From assembly GCA_963704755.1 (NCBI GenBank), contig OY969938.1:3090001-3122000 (forward strand): a stretch of 32,000 nt of DNA, written 5' to 3'. Origin of the DNA: an uncultured Chloroflexia bacterium (GTDB lineage: Bacteria > Chloroflexota > Anaerolineae > Anaerolineales > Anaerolineaceae). The notes under the pieces are model-generated. The model did no database searches, was not told the DNA's origin, and saw only the letters and a program-made list of their open reading frames with translations. This document shows, one piece after another, positions 17,495-26,821 of the stretch (position 1 is its first letter; each line of letters opens with the position of its first letter). Position numbers and translations under genes: made by a program.

Positions 17495-18591
17495 TCGTTT
17501 CTCCGGCCGGCTCTCCGGCCTGGCTTTCCAACTGCGAGCGAGCGGGCGACCGCTTTTTGCACCGCCAGGACAATATATTCGAGCGGGAGGCTGTTGAATT
17601 CTTCGCGCCGGCGCATATAAACTTCTTCCAATGCTGCGGCCACCTTCTCGGGCTGGCCGGAATGCCAGCGTAGGGCCCCTTCCAGTTCGGCCACGGCCGC
17701 GGCCGAAGCGAAAAAGTCACCGCCGATGTAGGCCGCCTTGATGGTCGCACCGGCCATGGTCACGCGCACGTCGATCAGACCTTCGGGGGTCTTGATCTTG
17801 CTGCCGCCGGAGGTGTCCTCCACCTGCGAGGTCTGGTAGATCCAATCGTCGCTCTGGTATTTTTCGCGTTCCAGGGTACGGATGTCCTTCAACTCTTCGT
17901 CGCTGAAATAACCGGGGACCAGGTTCACATCCATCGTCTGTTCGTAGGCCTGGATGATGATCTTGCGCACCTCGGGCACCGTGATCCGCGAGCCGGTCTC
18001 GCGCCGTACGGTGGTGAGATGTTCGCCGATGGCCGCGATTTCTTTGTCGGAAATTTTCTCGAAGGGCGTGTTGAGCACCCGCAGCATGTAGGGCACGTCC
18101 AGGTCGACCAGCACGCTGGCGTGGAAGAGCAACCCGTCCGATCTGGGCGCGATGGATACCCAGCCCGACGATCTTCTTGCCGTTGACCACAATGTCGTTC
18201 TTGCGGTGGAAGTGGGCGTCGATGCCCAGGGTTTCAGCCCCTGGACCAGGGCGGTCGAGAATTGGGTCATGATTTCGCGCGCGCGGCTGTAGGTGTCGTC
18301 CACGTGGGCGGGCAGGGTCAGGGCCACACCGAGCTGGTCCTCGCCCATGATGATCGCGCCGCCGCCGGTCGGCCGGCGGTTGATAGGGATGTTGTTCTCG
18401 CGGCAGAAGTCCACCCGCAGCTCGTGGTCCACGTTCTGGAAACGGCCGACCAGGGCGCAGTAGGAGCGGTAGCTGTACAGGCGCAGGGTCGGCACCGACG
18501 TACCGGCGCCGACTCGCTCAGCGATGGTCTCGTCGGCGCTCAGGCCAAAGGAGGCCGTGACGCCGTCATCACAGATCAGGCGCCAGTCCAT
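17487..18591 (-). pseudogene. lipoate-protein ligase family protein, paralogue C, interrupted by 2-3 single-nt frameshifts (decay or sequencing error)
   Basis: MDWRLICDDG...NRRPTGGGAIIMGED...LVQGL is in one frame. ETLGIDAHFHRKNDIVVNGKKIVGLGIHRA is in another (shift near 18231-18237). The reading returns to the first frame at DGLLFHASVLVDLD (shift near 18135-18155). The in-frame reading then runs ~190 nt into the radical-SAM gene, whereas the +1 frame stops at 17487 overlapping its ATG. Confidence 0.65.
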
Positions 18592-19059
18592 CAGTCGATC
18601 CAACCTTGCTGGCGATAGCGCTCGAGCTCGGTTTCGACCCAGACGGGCAGCTCGCCGCCGGAGACCAACTGCTGTGATTCGTTCTGCCAGTCGCTGGGGC
18701 GGATGGTCACCAGCCAGCCCGCGCGGTAGCGAGTCCTGGTTGACCAGGCCCGGGTTGCGCACGGTGGCCTCGTTGCGGGCCACGATCACGCCGCTGACCG
18801 GGGACTTGAGGTCGCCGGCCATCTTGGCCGCCTCGAGCGTGCCCAGCGATTTGCCGCGCCGGACGGTGGTGCCCACCGGCAGTAAGGTGACGTAAGCCAG
18901 GTCACCCAGGGCCGCCAACCCCAGCGCGTCGATGCCCACGATGACCTCACCCTTTTCTGGGTCGTACTGGGCCCACATGTGGTTCTCGCGGCCGTAGCAG
19001 CGATCCTCGGGCAGTGAATAGGTTTCTTCCCCGATGTTGAATTCGTTTGCTTTTTCCAT
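18591..19059 (-). pseudogene. lbpA: GcvH-like lipoate-binding protein (LbpA-type), second copy, with one frameshift
   Basis: ATG 19059 has AGGAG 7 nt upstream. MEKANEF...HMWAQ...GKSLGTLEAAKMAGDLKSPVSG carries the lipoyl-Lys motif. After NPGLVNQD the homology (YRAGWLVTIRPSDWQ...QQGWID*) continues in another frame (shift within 18721-18740). The stop overlaps the next ATG (TGATG). Span is 469 nt, not a multiple of 3. Confidence 0.65.
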
Positions 19060-19080
19060 AAATTGCTCCTGATGAAACGT

Positions 19081-19425
19081 CTTGCTCCTTCCCCCTTCGC
19101 GAAGCGTGGGGAAGGCCGGGATGAGGGTCAGCGCCGGCCAACCGAAGCATTGGCTACCCGGCAACGCCTCCCCGTTTCTTGCTCCTTCCCCCTCCGCGAA
19201 GCGTGGGGAAGGCCGGGATGAGGGTCTGCGCCGGCCAACCGCAGCATTGGCTACCCGGCAACGCCTCCCCGTTTCTTGCTCCTTCCCCCTCCGCGGAGCG
19301 TGGGGAAGGCCGGGATGAGGGTCTGCGCCGGCCAACCGAAGCATTGGCGGGCCAACAACGCCTCTCCGTTTCTTGCTCCTTCCCCCTCCGCGAAGCGTGG
19401 GGAAGGCCGGGATGAGGGTTTAGCC
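19081..19425. repeat. 97-bp tandem repeat, ~3.5 copies, each with an internal CCTTCCCC...GGGGAAGG hairpin
   Basis: Units start at 19081, 19178, 19275 and 19372 (the last one partial) and are >90% identical by eye. Non-coding position between the endopeptidase stop (19469) and the lbpA2 start (19059). Confidence 0.9.
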
Positions 19426-19468
19426 CCGGCAGGCCGAGGTAATTGCCAGCAAGCCCTGCCCTATATTG

Positions 19469-19966
19469 TTAACGAACCTGAGCTGATTTTTCCACCAGAC
19501 CCCACTCCACCAGCACTCGCCGGGCGCGGGAAACCACCTCCGGCAGGGCTTTTTCCACCGTCGCACTCATTTCCAGACCGATAGACAGGTCCTCGGGCTG
19601 GATGCCGACCAGGTGCAGGTGCTCGGGCAGGAAGCCGCGTACGTTGGCCAGCCCTAACACTTCCTGGAAGGTGACCTGGTGCTGGGATAACTTGACCCCG
19701 GCATACAGGGGAATTTGCTCTTTGCGCAGCTCGACCACCGTGCCGGCCGGCTTGCCCACGTTGACCGAGTCCAGAATGAGCAGGTGGCTGCATTCTTCCA
19801 CGATCATCAACAGGTTAAGGCCCAGCACCCCGCCGTCCAGCAGTTCCAGGCCGGGTTGGTCCCCTAATTGGGCGTCCAGGCGCTTTAAGGCCTGAACGCC
19901 CAATCCCTCATCGCGGTTAAGCACATTGCCTAACCCCAATACGACTTTGCGGAGGTTTTCAGTCAT
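19469..19966 (-). CDS. [NiFe]-hydrogenase maturation endopeptidase (HyaD/HybD/HupD family)
   Basis: 165 aa. VLGLGNVLNRDEGLG matches the GxGNxxxxDDGxG family motif. Immediately downstream of the large subunit. Confidence 0.85.
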   Translation of the reverse strand: MTENLRKVVLGLGNVLNRDEGLGVQALKRLDAQLGDQPGLELLDGGVLGLNLLMIVEECSHLLILDSVNVGKPAGTVVELRKEQIPLYAGVKLSQHQVTFQEVLGLANVRGFLPEHLHLVGIQPEDLSIGLEMSATVEKALPEVVSRARRVLVEWGLVEKSAQVR

Positions 19967-19973
19967 AACCCGG

Positions 19974-21713
<1,740 letters not shown>

Positions 21714-21740
21714 ACTATCCTCCTACAAGTTCCGTAACCA

Positions 21741-23012
21741 TTAGCGTTCTTCTTCGATCAGGGCGTCGGCGACGATTTGCGCCAGCCCGGTGACTTTCCA
21801 ATCCAGTTTGAAATGTTCGACGCCGTCGGTGAATTGGAGGCGGCAGTTAGAACAACTCATGGCAACCGTTTTGGCCCCGACCGCGTTGACCTGGTCAACC
21901 TTCAATTGAAAGGCAGCGAAGCGGTTGGGATCGGCTTCCTTGATGGCTATTACGCCGCCCCCGCCGCCGCAGCAGATCAACTCTTCCTTGTTGGGGCTCA
22001 TTTCTTTGAAAGCGTGCGGAGCCAGGATGTTGAGGATCTCACGTGGTTCTTTGATATGCCCGCCGCGGCGCTGGATCTTGCAGGCATCGTGGAAGGTGAT
22101 GGTACCGTCGTTGTCGAGCGCGCCTTCCTTGAGCTTGATCCGCCCAGCGTGGACATATTCGCCGATCAGGCCGACGATGTGGGTGATTTCCAGTCCCTCG
22201 GGGACGTCCATCAGGTTGTAGGAGGTCCAGCGCAGGGCATCGTAGGCGTGGCCGCACTCGGTGACCACCAGCTTCTTGACGCCCAGTTCCACCGCGCCGT
22301 CGAAAACGCGCTGGAGGAACATCTTGGTGCGCTCGGTGTTGCCCTCGTAGAAACCGAAGTTGACCACCTCGCGCGCCTTGGTGCTCAGGGTCCAGTTTTC
22401 GCCGGCCGCGTTGAGGATCTTGGCGATGGCGGCCACGTTGGTGGGGAATTTCATGATCTCGATCGAGCTGAAGACTACCAGCGTATCGGCGCCTTTGACG
22501 TCCACCGGGATATCGACTTCCCATTCGTCGGCCACCCATTCGATGCGGCTGTCGAACACGTCATCGGTGACGCCCAGCGGACTGCCCTCTTCCACCTGTT
22601 TGTTGACCGCGGCCATCAGGTCGTCCGGCACCATGCCCGCTTCGGAGAAGGCCGAGCGGACCTCGTGGATCAATGGCCCAAGCTGGATGCCCATCGGGCA
22701 AACCATGGAGCATTTGTTGCACAGGGTACAGGCTTCATAGACGATCTTGCTGAAGTGGTGCAAATCTTCGTCGGTGATGCGTTTGTCGATGCCCACGGCC
22801 AGCTTGAACTTGCCGGCCAGGGTGAAGCGCTGTTCGTAGGCCCGCTTGAGCAGCTCGATTTTCCAGACCGGGGCGTATTCCGGGTTGCCGGTAGCCTGGT
22901 AGAAATGGCAGGCCTCGGCGCACATCCCACAGCGCGTGCAGGCTTCCAATTGGGAGGCAGCGTACCCGCCGGTCTCTTTTACAAAAGTATTCATCGCAAT
23001 ATCAGTTTCCAT
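21741..23012 (-). CDS. isp2: Isp2: HdrD/DsrK-like Fe-S oxidoreductase with two CCG domains
   Basis: The ORF track start is 23048. ATG 23012 (METDIAMNTF) has AGGAGG 7 nt upstream and lies after the isp1 stop. Two ferredoxin-type motifs (CTRCGMCAEAC, CTLCNKCSMVCP) and CCG-domain Cys patterns (TECGHAYD; CCGGGGG...SCSNC). Confidence 0.85.
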   Translation of the reverse strand: METDIAMNTFVKETGGYAASQLEACTRCGMCAEACHFYQATGNPEYAPVWKIELLKRAYEQRFTLAGKFKLAVGIDKRITDEDLHHFSKIVYEACTLCNKCSMVCPMGIQLGPLIHEVRSAFSEAGMVPDDLMAAVNKQVEEGSPLGVTDDVFDSRIEWVADEWEVDIPVDVKGADTLVVFSSIEIMKFPTNVAAIAKILNAAGENWTLSTKAREVVNFGFYEGNTERTKMFLQRVFDGAVELGVKKLVVTECGHAYDALRWTSYNLMDVPEGLEITHIVGLIGEYVHAGRIKLKEGALDNDGTITFHDACKIQRRGGHIKEPREILNILAPHAFKEMSPNKEELICCGGGGGVIAIKEADPNRFAAFQLKVDQVNAVGAKTVAMSCSNCRLQFTDGVEHFKLDWKVTGLAQIVADALIEEER

Positions 23013-23022
23013 GCTGCCCCTC

Positions 23023-23700
23023 CTAGGGTGTGACCGCCCGTTTTCCAAAATCGGCCCCGTGGATGGCCTTGGAGAAGAAATAGAACATGAAGTGCGAGAT
23101 CCGGCTGAGCGGGATCCAGATCAGCAGCACGTCCACCGAAAGCATATGCAGGCTAAAAAGCACTTCATAGCGGAACCACAGGTGGTGGGTCATGGCGTAG
23201 CCGGTGACCATCGGCAGAAAGACCAACAGCAGGTTGAGCCATTCCGCCGGGCCGGAGATCAGCTTCAGCACCGGGTTGACCAGCCGGTTGATGAACAACG
23301 CGATCATGGCCACGATCGTGGCAGCCGCCATCCAATCCACGATGGGCAGAGGCAGGGTCGGCCAGCCAAAGCCCAACAGGCTCTTCCAGACCAGCATGTG
23401 GGCCGTCCCTAAAATCAACACCACAAACAGGCCCAGGTGGAATAATCCACCGGCCATGTAGATGATGGGGTTTCGCTTGAAGGTGTTCTTAACCCAGGGG
23501 ACAAACGGCCAAATAATAATGCCCTTGAGAAAGGAAACCGCAGCGCCGCCCACTTTGCTGCCGCGCGCGGGTACCCGGTCGGCCTGCCACCCCAGTAAAA
23601 TAATCCGTACCAGGCGGTAGACCATTCCGGCCACAAATACCAGCAGCGCCGCCTGGAAAAATACACCTCTTGCAAAGGTCAATACGTCAGTCCAGGTCAT
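23023..23700 (-). CDS. isp1: Isp1: integral-membrane b-type cytochrome (NarI/DsrM/HdrE-like)
   Basis: 225 aa with an AGGAG RBS. About five hydrophobic helices with conserved His residues. Located between the hydrogenase small and large subunit genes. Confidence 0.75.
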   Translation of the reverse strand: MTWTDVLTFARGVFFQAALLVFVAGMVYRLVRIILLGWQADRVPARGSKVGGAAVSFLKGIIIWPFVPWVKNTFKRNPIIYMAGGLFHLGLFVVLILGTAHMLVWKSLLGFGWPTLPLPIVDWMAAATIVAMIALFINRLVNPVLKLISGPAEWLNLLLVFLPMVTGYAMTHHLWFRYEVLFSLHMLSVDVLLIWIPLSRISHFMFYFFSKAIHGADFGKRAVTP

Positions 23701-23709
23701 GGTAATCTC

Positions 23710-24046
23710 CTACTTCCCTTCGTTTTTCTTTTCGCTGTGGGCGGCTTTTTTTTGTGCCTGGTTGGATAGGCCCACTCCCGCGGCCAAAACAACCCCGGCG
23801 GCCGCGGCAATCCCGGCGGTAGTGATCGCCGGTCGGTCTAACGGCGCCGATTGGCCCTGGTAGAACCCGCCGCCATCCCAGAAGGCCGGCTGTGAGCAGC
23901 CCAGGCAGGGATGCCCGGATTGGATCGGGAAGGACAACCCGCCGCTCCACTTGAGCGTGGCGCAGGAGTTGTAAGTTGTCGGGCCCTTGCAGCCCAGTTT
24001 GTACAGGCACCAACCCTGGCGAGCGCCTTCATCGTCGAAGGAACTC
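23710..24046 (-). CDS. hynS: [NiFe]-hydrogenase small subunit, C-terminal part, in a different frame
   Basis: SFDDEGARQGWCLYKLGCKGPTTYNSCATLKW...GHPCLGCSQP carries the medial and distal Fe-S cluster Cys/His ligands. It ends in a hydrophobic C-terminal anchor (ITTAGIAAAAGVVLAAGVGL). Deleting one T in gagTTcc restores one continuous ORF. Confidence 0.85.
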
Positions 24047-24844
24047 GGCAAACTTACCGGCTTCGTAGAATGGGCGGCGCAGGCAGCGGTCGTGGATGGT
24101 TTGGGCATAGAAAGTCTTGGGCCGCAGCAGTTCATCCAGCTCGGGCAGGCTGCCAAAGACCAGGAAATTGGCCAGGACGCCGGTGAATACCTCGGGGATG
24201 GCCGGGCAGCCGGGGATATTGACCAGCGGCTTACCTTGCAGCACATCGGACACACCCAGGGCGCCGGTCGGGTTCGGCTTGGCCCGCGGCAAGCCGCCGA
24301 ATGAGGCACAGTTGCCGGTAGCGATCACGGCCGCGGCTCCGGCGACCGCTTCCTGGAATAAATCCATCGAGCTGCGCCCGCCGATGGTGCAATACACGCC
24401 ATCGTCCTTGTCGGAGAGGCTGCCTTCCACCACCAGGATGTACTGCCCGGCGTATTTCTGCATGGCGGCCTGTTTGGCGCCGTCGGCCTGGAAACCGGCC
24501 GCCGCCGACAGGGTCTCGTGGTATTCCACCGTGATCTGGTTCAGCACCAGGTCCACCAGGGTGGGCGACTGGCTGCGGGTCAGCGCTTCAGTACACCCGG
24601 CACAGTCTTGAAATTCCAGCCAGATAACTGGCAGTCGCGATTTGGTTTCCAGCGCGTGCGCAACCATCCCCACCAGTTTCTGGTTGCTTTCCAGATGGCT
24701 AGAGAAGTCGCTGGCCTGGGCCGACTGGACTGGCGGCAGGGCGTTCAACCCCAACGCGCCTGCCATCACACCGCAGAATTTCAAGAAATTGCGCCGGGAG
24801 AGGCCAGCTTTTATCATCTCTTCGTAGATTGTATCTTTAGCCAT
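24029..24844 (-). CDS. hynS: [NiFe]-hydrogenase small subunit, N-terminal ~270 aa (reading frame broken near 24042)
   Basis: GGAGGG RBS and Tat signal SRRNFLKF...AQA. Proximal-cluster motifs EFQDCAGCTE and GNCASFGG, plus IPGCPA. The frame ends prematurely (…GKFAEFLRR*). Confidence 0.9.
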   Translation of the reverse strand: MAKDTIYEEMIKAGLSRRNFLKFCGVMAGALGLNALPPVQSAQASDFSSHLESNQKLVGMVAHALETKSRLPVIWLEFQDCAGCTEALTRSQSPTLVDLVLNQITVEYHETLSAAAGFQADGAKQAAMQKYAGQYILVVEGSLSDKDDGVYCTIGGRSSMDLFQEAVAGAAAVIATGNCASFGGLPRAKPNPTGALGVSDVLQGKPLVNIPGCPAIPEVFTGVLANFLVFGSLPELDELLRPKTFYAQTIHDRCLRRPFYEAGKFAEFLRR

Positions 24845-25032
24845 CGGTCCCTCCGTTGAGTTACTTCCTGTGTTCGAAATTTGGTTTTTCTCCCTGGAAA
24901 AGCCCTGCTGCGCAGCTTTTTGGCCGGCACGAGCGGATCAATTGACAGAACCCTGGGAGATAGGAACAAAATACCAGACCCGGGTAATGCCTGCTTACTC
25001 GGGCTAAACAGAAAAATGAATTGAGCTAACCG

Positions 25033-25479
25033 CTAGCTACAGGTGATGTTGTCGGCTTCCAGTTTGGCCTGATAAGCGGCTATGCCATCCGCACCGGTGA
25101 CCAGGGCGGATTTCTCGCCGTCCCAGTCCGAGGCCTGCATCTCGGCGACCCAGCCTTCTCCATAAGGGTCGCTGACTGCCAGGTTGGGGTCGTCGGCCAG
25201 TTTTGTGTTGGCGCGCAGCAATACACCCGTAATCGGAGCCGGTACGGGCCCGACGAATTTGCTGCTCTCGACGGTTGCGATGCTCTTGGCTTGTTTGACT
25301 TCCTGGCCGATGTTTTTGGCCTTGACCGTAATTGCAGCCAGTTTTCCACCGGAAAGCTTGCCGGCTACGGCCGTGATCCCGACGCGAATGACGCCGCCAT
25401 CCAGCGGCTTTGCCCAGACGTGTTTTTCGATCAGATAATACAGGTCTTCGGGCAGGTTGCATCCCCGAACATTCGTCAT
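25033..25479 (-). CDS. lbpA: GcvH-like lipoate-binding protein (LbpA-type)
   Basis: 148 aa with an AGGAGG RBS. EKHVWAKP...VGIT...SIATVESSKFVGPVPAPITG carries the lipoyl-Lys motif, followed by DPYGEGW. Context of TusA/DsrE rather than glycine cleavage T/P proteins. Confidence 0.85.
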   Translation of the reverse strand: MTNVRGCNLPEDLYYLIEKHVWAKPLDGGVIRVGITAVAGKLSGGKLAAITVKAKNIGQEVKQAKSIATVESSKFVGPVPAPITGVLLRANTKLADDPNLAVSDPYGEGWVAEMQASDWDGEKSALVTGADGIAAYQAKLEADNITCS

Positions 25480-25584
25480 ACGTCCTCCTTTACGAAATGT
25501 GAAAGGTGCTGTCCGGCTTCCGGCAAAAAGTAGTTCGTTTTAGCTGCGAGGGGTATCCGTTGGCAGGAGCAGCGCGGGAAATTA

Positions 25585-25953
25585 TTAGAAAGTGAGTACG
25601 GTCTTGCAATCTTCGGCAATTTGCCACATGGTGGCGCCGCCGACCATTTTAATGCCGTCGATCAAGTCAGAGGGCTGTAAATCATGCAGTTCGGTAGAGG
25701 CGGTGCAGGCCAGGAAAGTCACGCCGCCATCCAGGGCATCCTGGATGAAGTCACTGACGGGCTTGCCGCCTTCTTTGGGGTAGACGGTCTCGGCCAGGCC
25801 TTTTTTCAATAATAAGGTGCCGTCGATGGTGAAGAACATAGTCACGTCGTAGTCCATGGCGGCAGCCAGGCTGGCGAAGAAGAACGGGGTTGCGCAGCGG
25901 CGGGGGGTATCCGGGCCGCTCGTCATCACAATCATTACTTTATCATCTGCCAT
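25585..25953 (-). CDS. DsrE/DsrF-family sulfur-relay protein
   Basis: 122 aa with a GGAGG RBS. YchN/DsrE-like fold pattern (VMIVMTSGP...) with a candidate active-site Cys in FLACTAS. Confidence 0.7.
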   Translation of the reverse strand: MADDKVMIVMTSGPDTPRRCATPFFFASLAAAMDYDVTMFFTIDGTLLLKKGLAETVYPKEGGKPVSDFIQDALDGGVTFLACTASTELHDLQPSDLIDGIKMVGGATMWQIAEDCKTVLTF

Positions 25954-25974
25954 TATTTCCTCCGGATGATTTGA

Positions 25975-26451
25975 TTAGAAAGTCAGCGAGATTGCATTTT
26001 CGCTGGCATAGCTGAGGAATGTCGCGGCCCCGCCGATCTCGATCCCGTCGATCAGGTCCTCTTTCTTGACGCCCATCACATCCATGGTCATCTGGCAGGC
26101 GATCATGCGGACACCGCCATCCAGGGCGATCTCGAGTAAATCGCTGAGCTTGGCTACGTTGGCCTTTTTCATCCAGCCATTCATCATACCGGTTGCCACA
26201 GAGGTCATTCCGGGCAGCATACCGATGATATTGGGTACCGGCACAGGCATAGCCGGGTTGGCGATCGGCGCCACCTTGAGTTTGTCGGCGTTGTCCTTTT
26301 TCAGGATTTCCAGGCCAAAAAAGGTAAAGAAGATGGCTACTTCCATTTCCAGGGCCAGGGCGGCTGTGCCCAGGATCAAGGGTGGGTAGGCTGCATCCAG
26401 AGTACCATGGGCGGCGATGATTGCCAAACGTTTGCTGCTTTCTTCGCTCAT
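25975..26451 (-). CDS. dsrE3: DsrE3-like sulfurtransferase (DsrE family, longer form)
   Basis: 158 aa with an AAGGAG RBS. LAIIAAHGTLD...FFTFFGL...MIACQMTMD. The length and the Cys context resemble DsrE3 proteins that accompany TusA in hdr-like clusters. Confidence 0.6.
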   Translation of the reverse strand: MSEESSKRLAIIAAHGTLDAAYPPLILGTAALALEMEVAIFFTFFGLEILKKDNADKLKVAPIANPAMPVPVPNIIGMLPGMTSVATGMMNGWMKKANVAKLSDLLEIALDGGVRMIACQMTMDVMGVKKEDLIDGIEIGGAATFLSYASENAISLTF

Positions 26452-26555
26452 ATTGAGCTCCTTTTCTAATCAAATTGTTGCGGCTGTCCGGTTTAGGGCA
26501 GTATCTTGTGAATGAAAAATTGAATAAAAAACCCGTCCGGCTTTATTCGAGGCGC

Positions 26556-26792
26556 TTACTTGGTTTTTTTAATGTAGAAGATGAATTTTCCGCTTTCCTG
26601 TTCCGATCCGACCAGCTCGTGGCCGGTTTTCTTGGTCCAGGCGTCGATATCGCTGGTGGAGCCGGGGTCAGTGGCGATCATTTTCAATACCTGGCCAATC
26701 TGTAAACCATCGACGGCTTTCTTGGTCTTCAAAATGGGCATGGGGCAGGCCATGCCGCTGCAATCCAGGGTCTGATCTGATGATACGGACAT
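26556..26792 (-). CDS. tusA: TusA-family sulfur carrier protein
   Basis: 78 aa. LDCSGMACPMPILKTKKA contains the CPxP active-site motif. Confidence 0.9.
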   Translation of the reverse strand: MSVSSDQTLDCSGMACPMPILKTKKAVDGLQIGQVLKMIATDPGSTSDIDAWTKKTGHELVGSEQESGKFIFYIKKTK

Positions 26793-26821
26793 TTGAATCT
26801 CCTTTATTGATTTTTGGACAA

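Noticed and set aside
17302-19344. 680-aa ORF that looks like a giant repeat-GcvH-ligase fusion protein
   Set aside because: The N-terminal ~95 codons are a translation of the 97-bp tandem repeat. A good RBS plus ATG for the GcvH-like gene lies at 19059. Homology jumps between frames, and the 3' end overlaps the radical-SAM gene by ~190 nt. It is best explained as separate genes joined by fortuitously open frames and frameshifts.
19081-19425. Possible CRISPR array, or repeat-protein genes (MLLPPSRSVGKAGMRV… x3 on + and MLRLAGADPHPG… on -)
   Set aside because: The units are contiguous 97-bp tandem copies with no unique spacers, so this is not CRISPR. The ORFs are just the same repeat read in phase on both strands, with no RBS and hairpin-rich, G/C-run composition untypical of coding sequence.
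23710-24844. Programmed ribosomal frameshift in hynS (and in lbpA2 and the ligase)
   Set aside because: No slippery heptamer or downstream stimulatory structure is evident at the shift sites. Hydrogenase small subunits are not known to need recoding. Simple 1-nt indels (mutation or assembly error) are more parsimonious.
25033-25479. Glycine cleavage system H protein (gcvH) in its classical role
   Set aside because: No gcvT or gcvP genes are nearby. The neighbours are TusA, DsrE proteins and a hydrogenase, which fits the LbpA-type lipoate-binding proteins instead. The fold-level call (GcvH-like) is retained.
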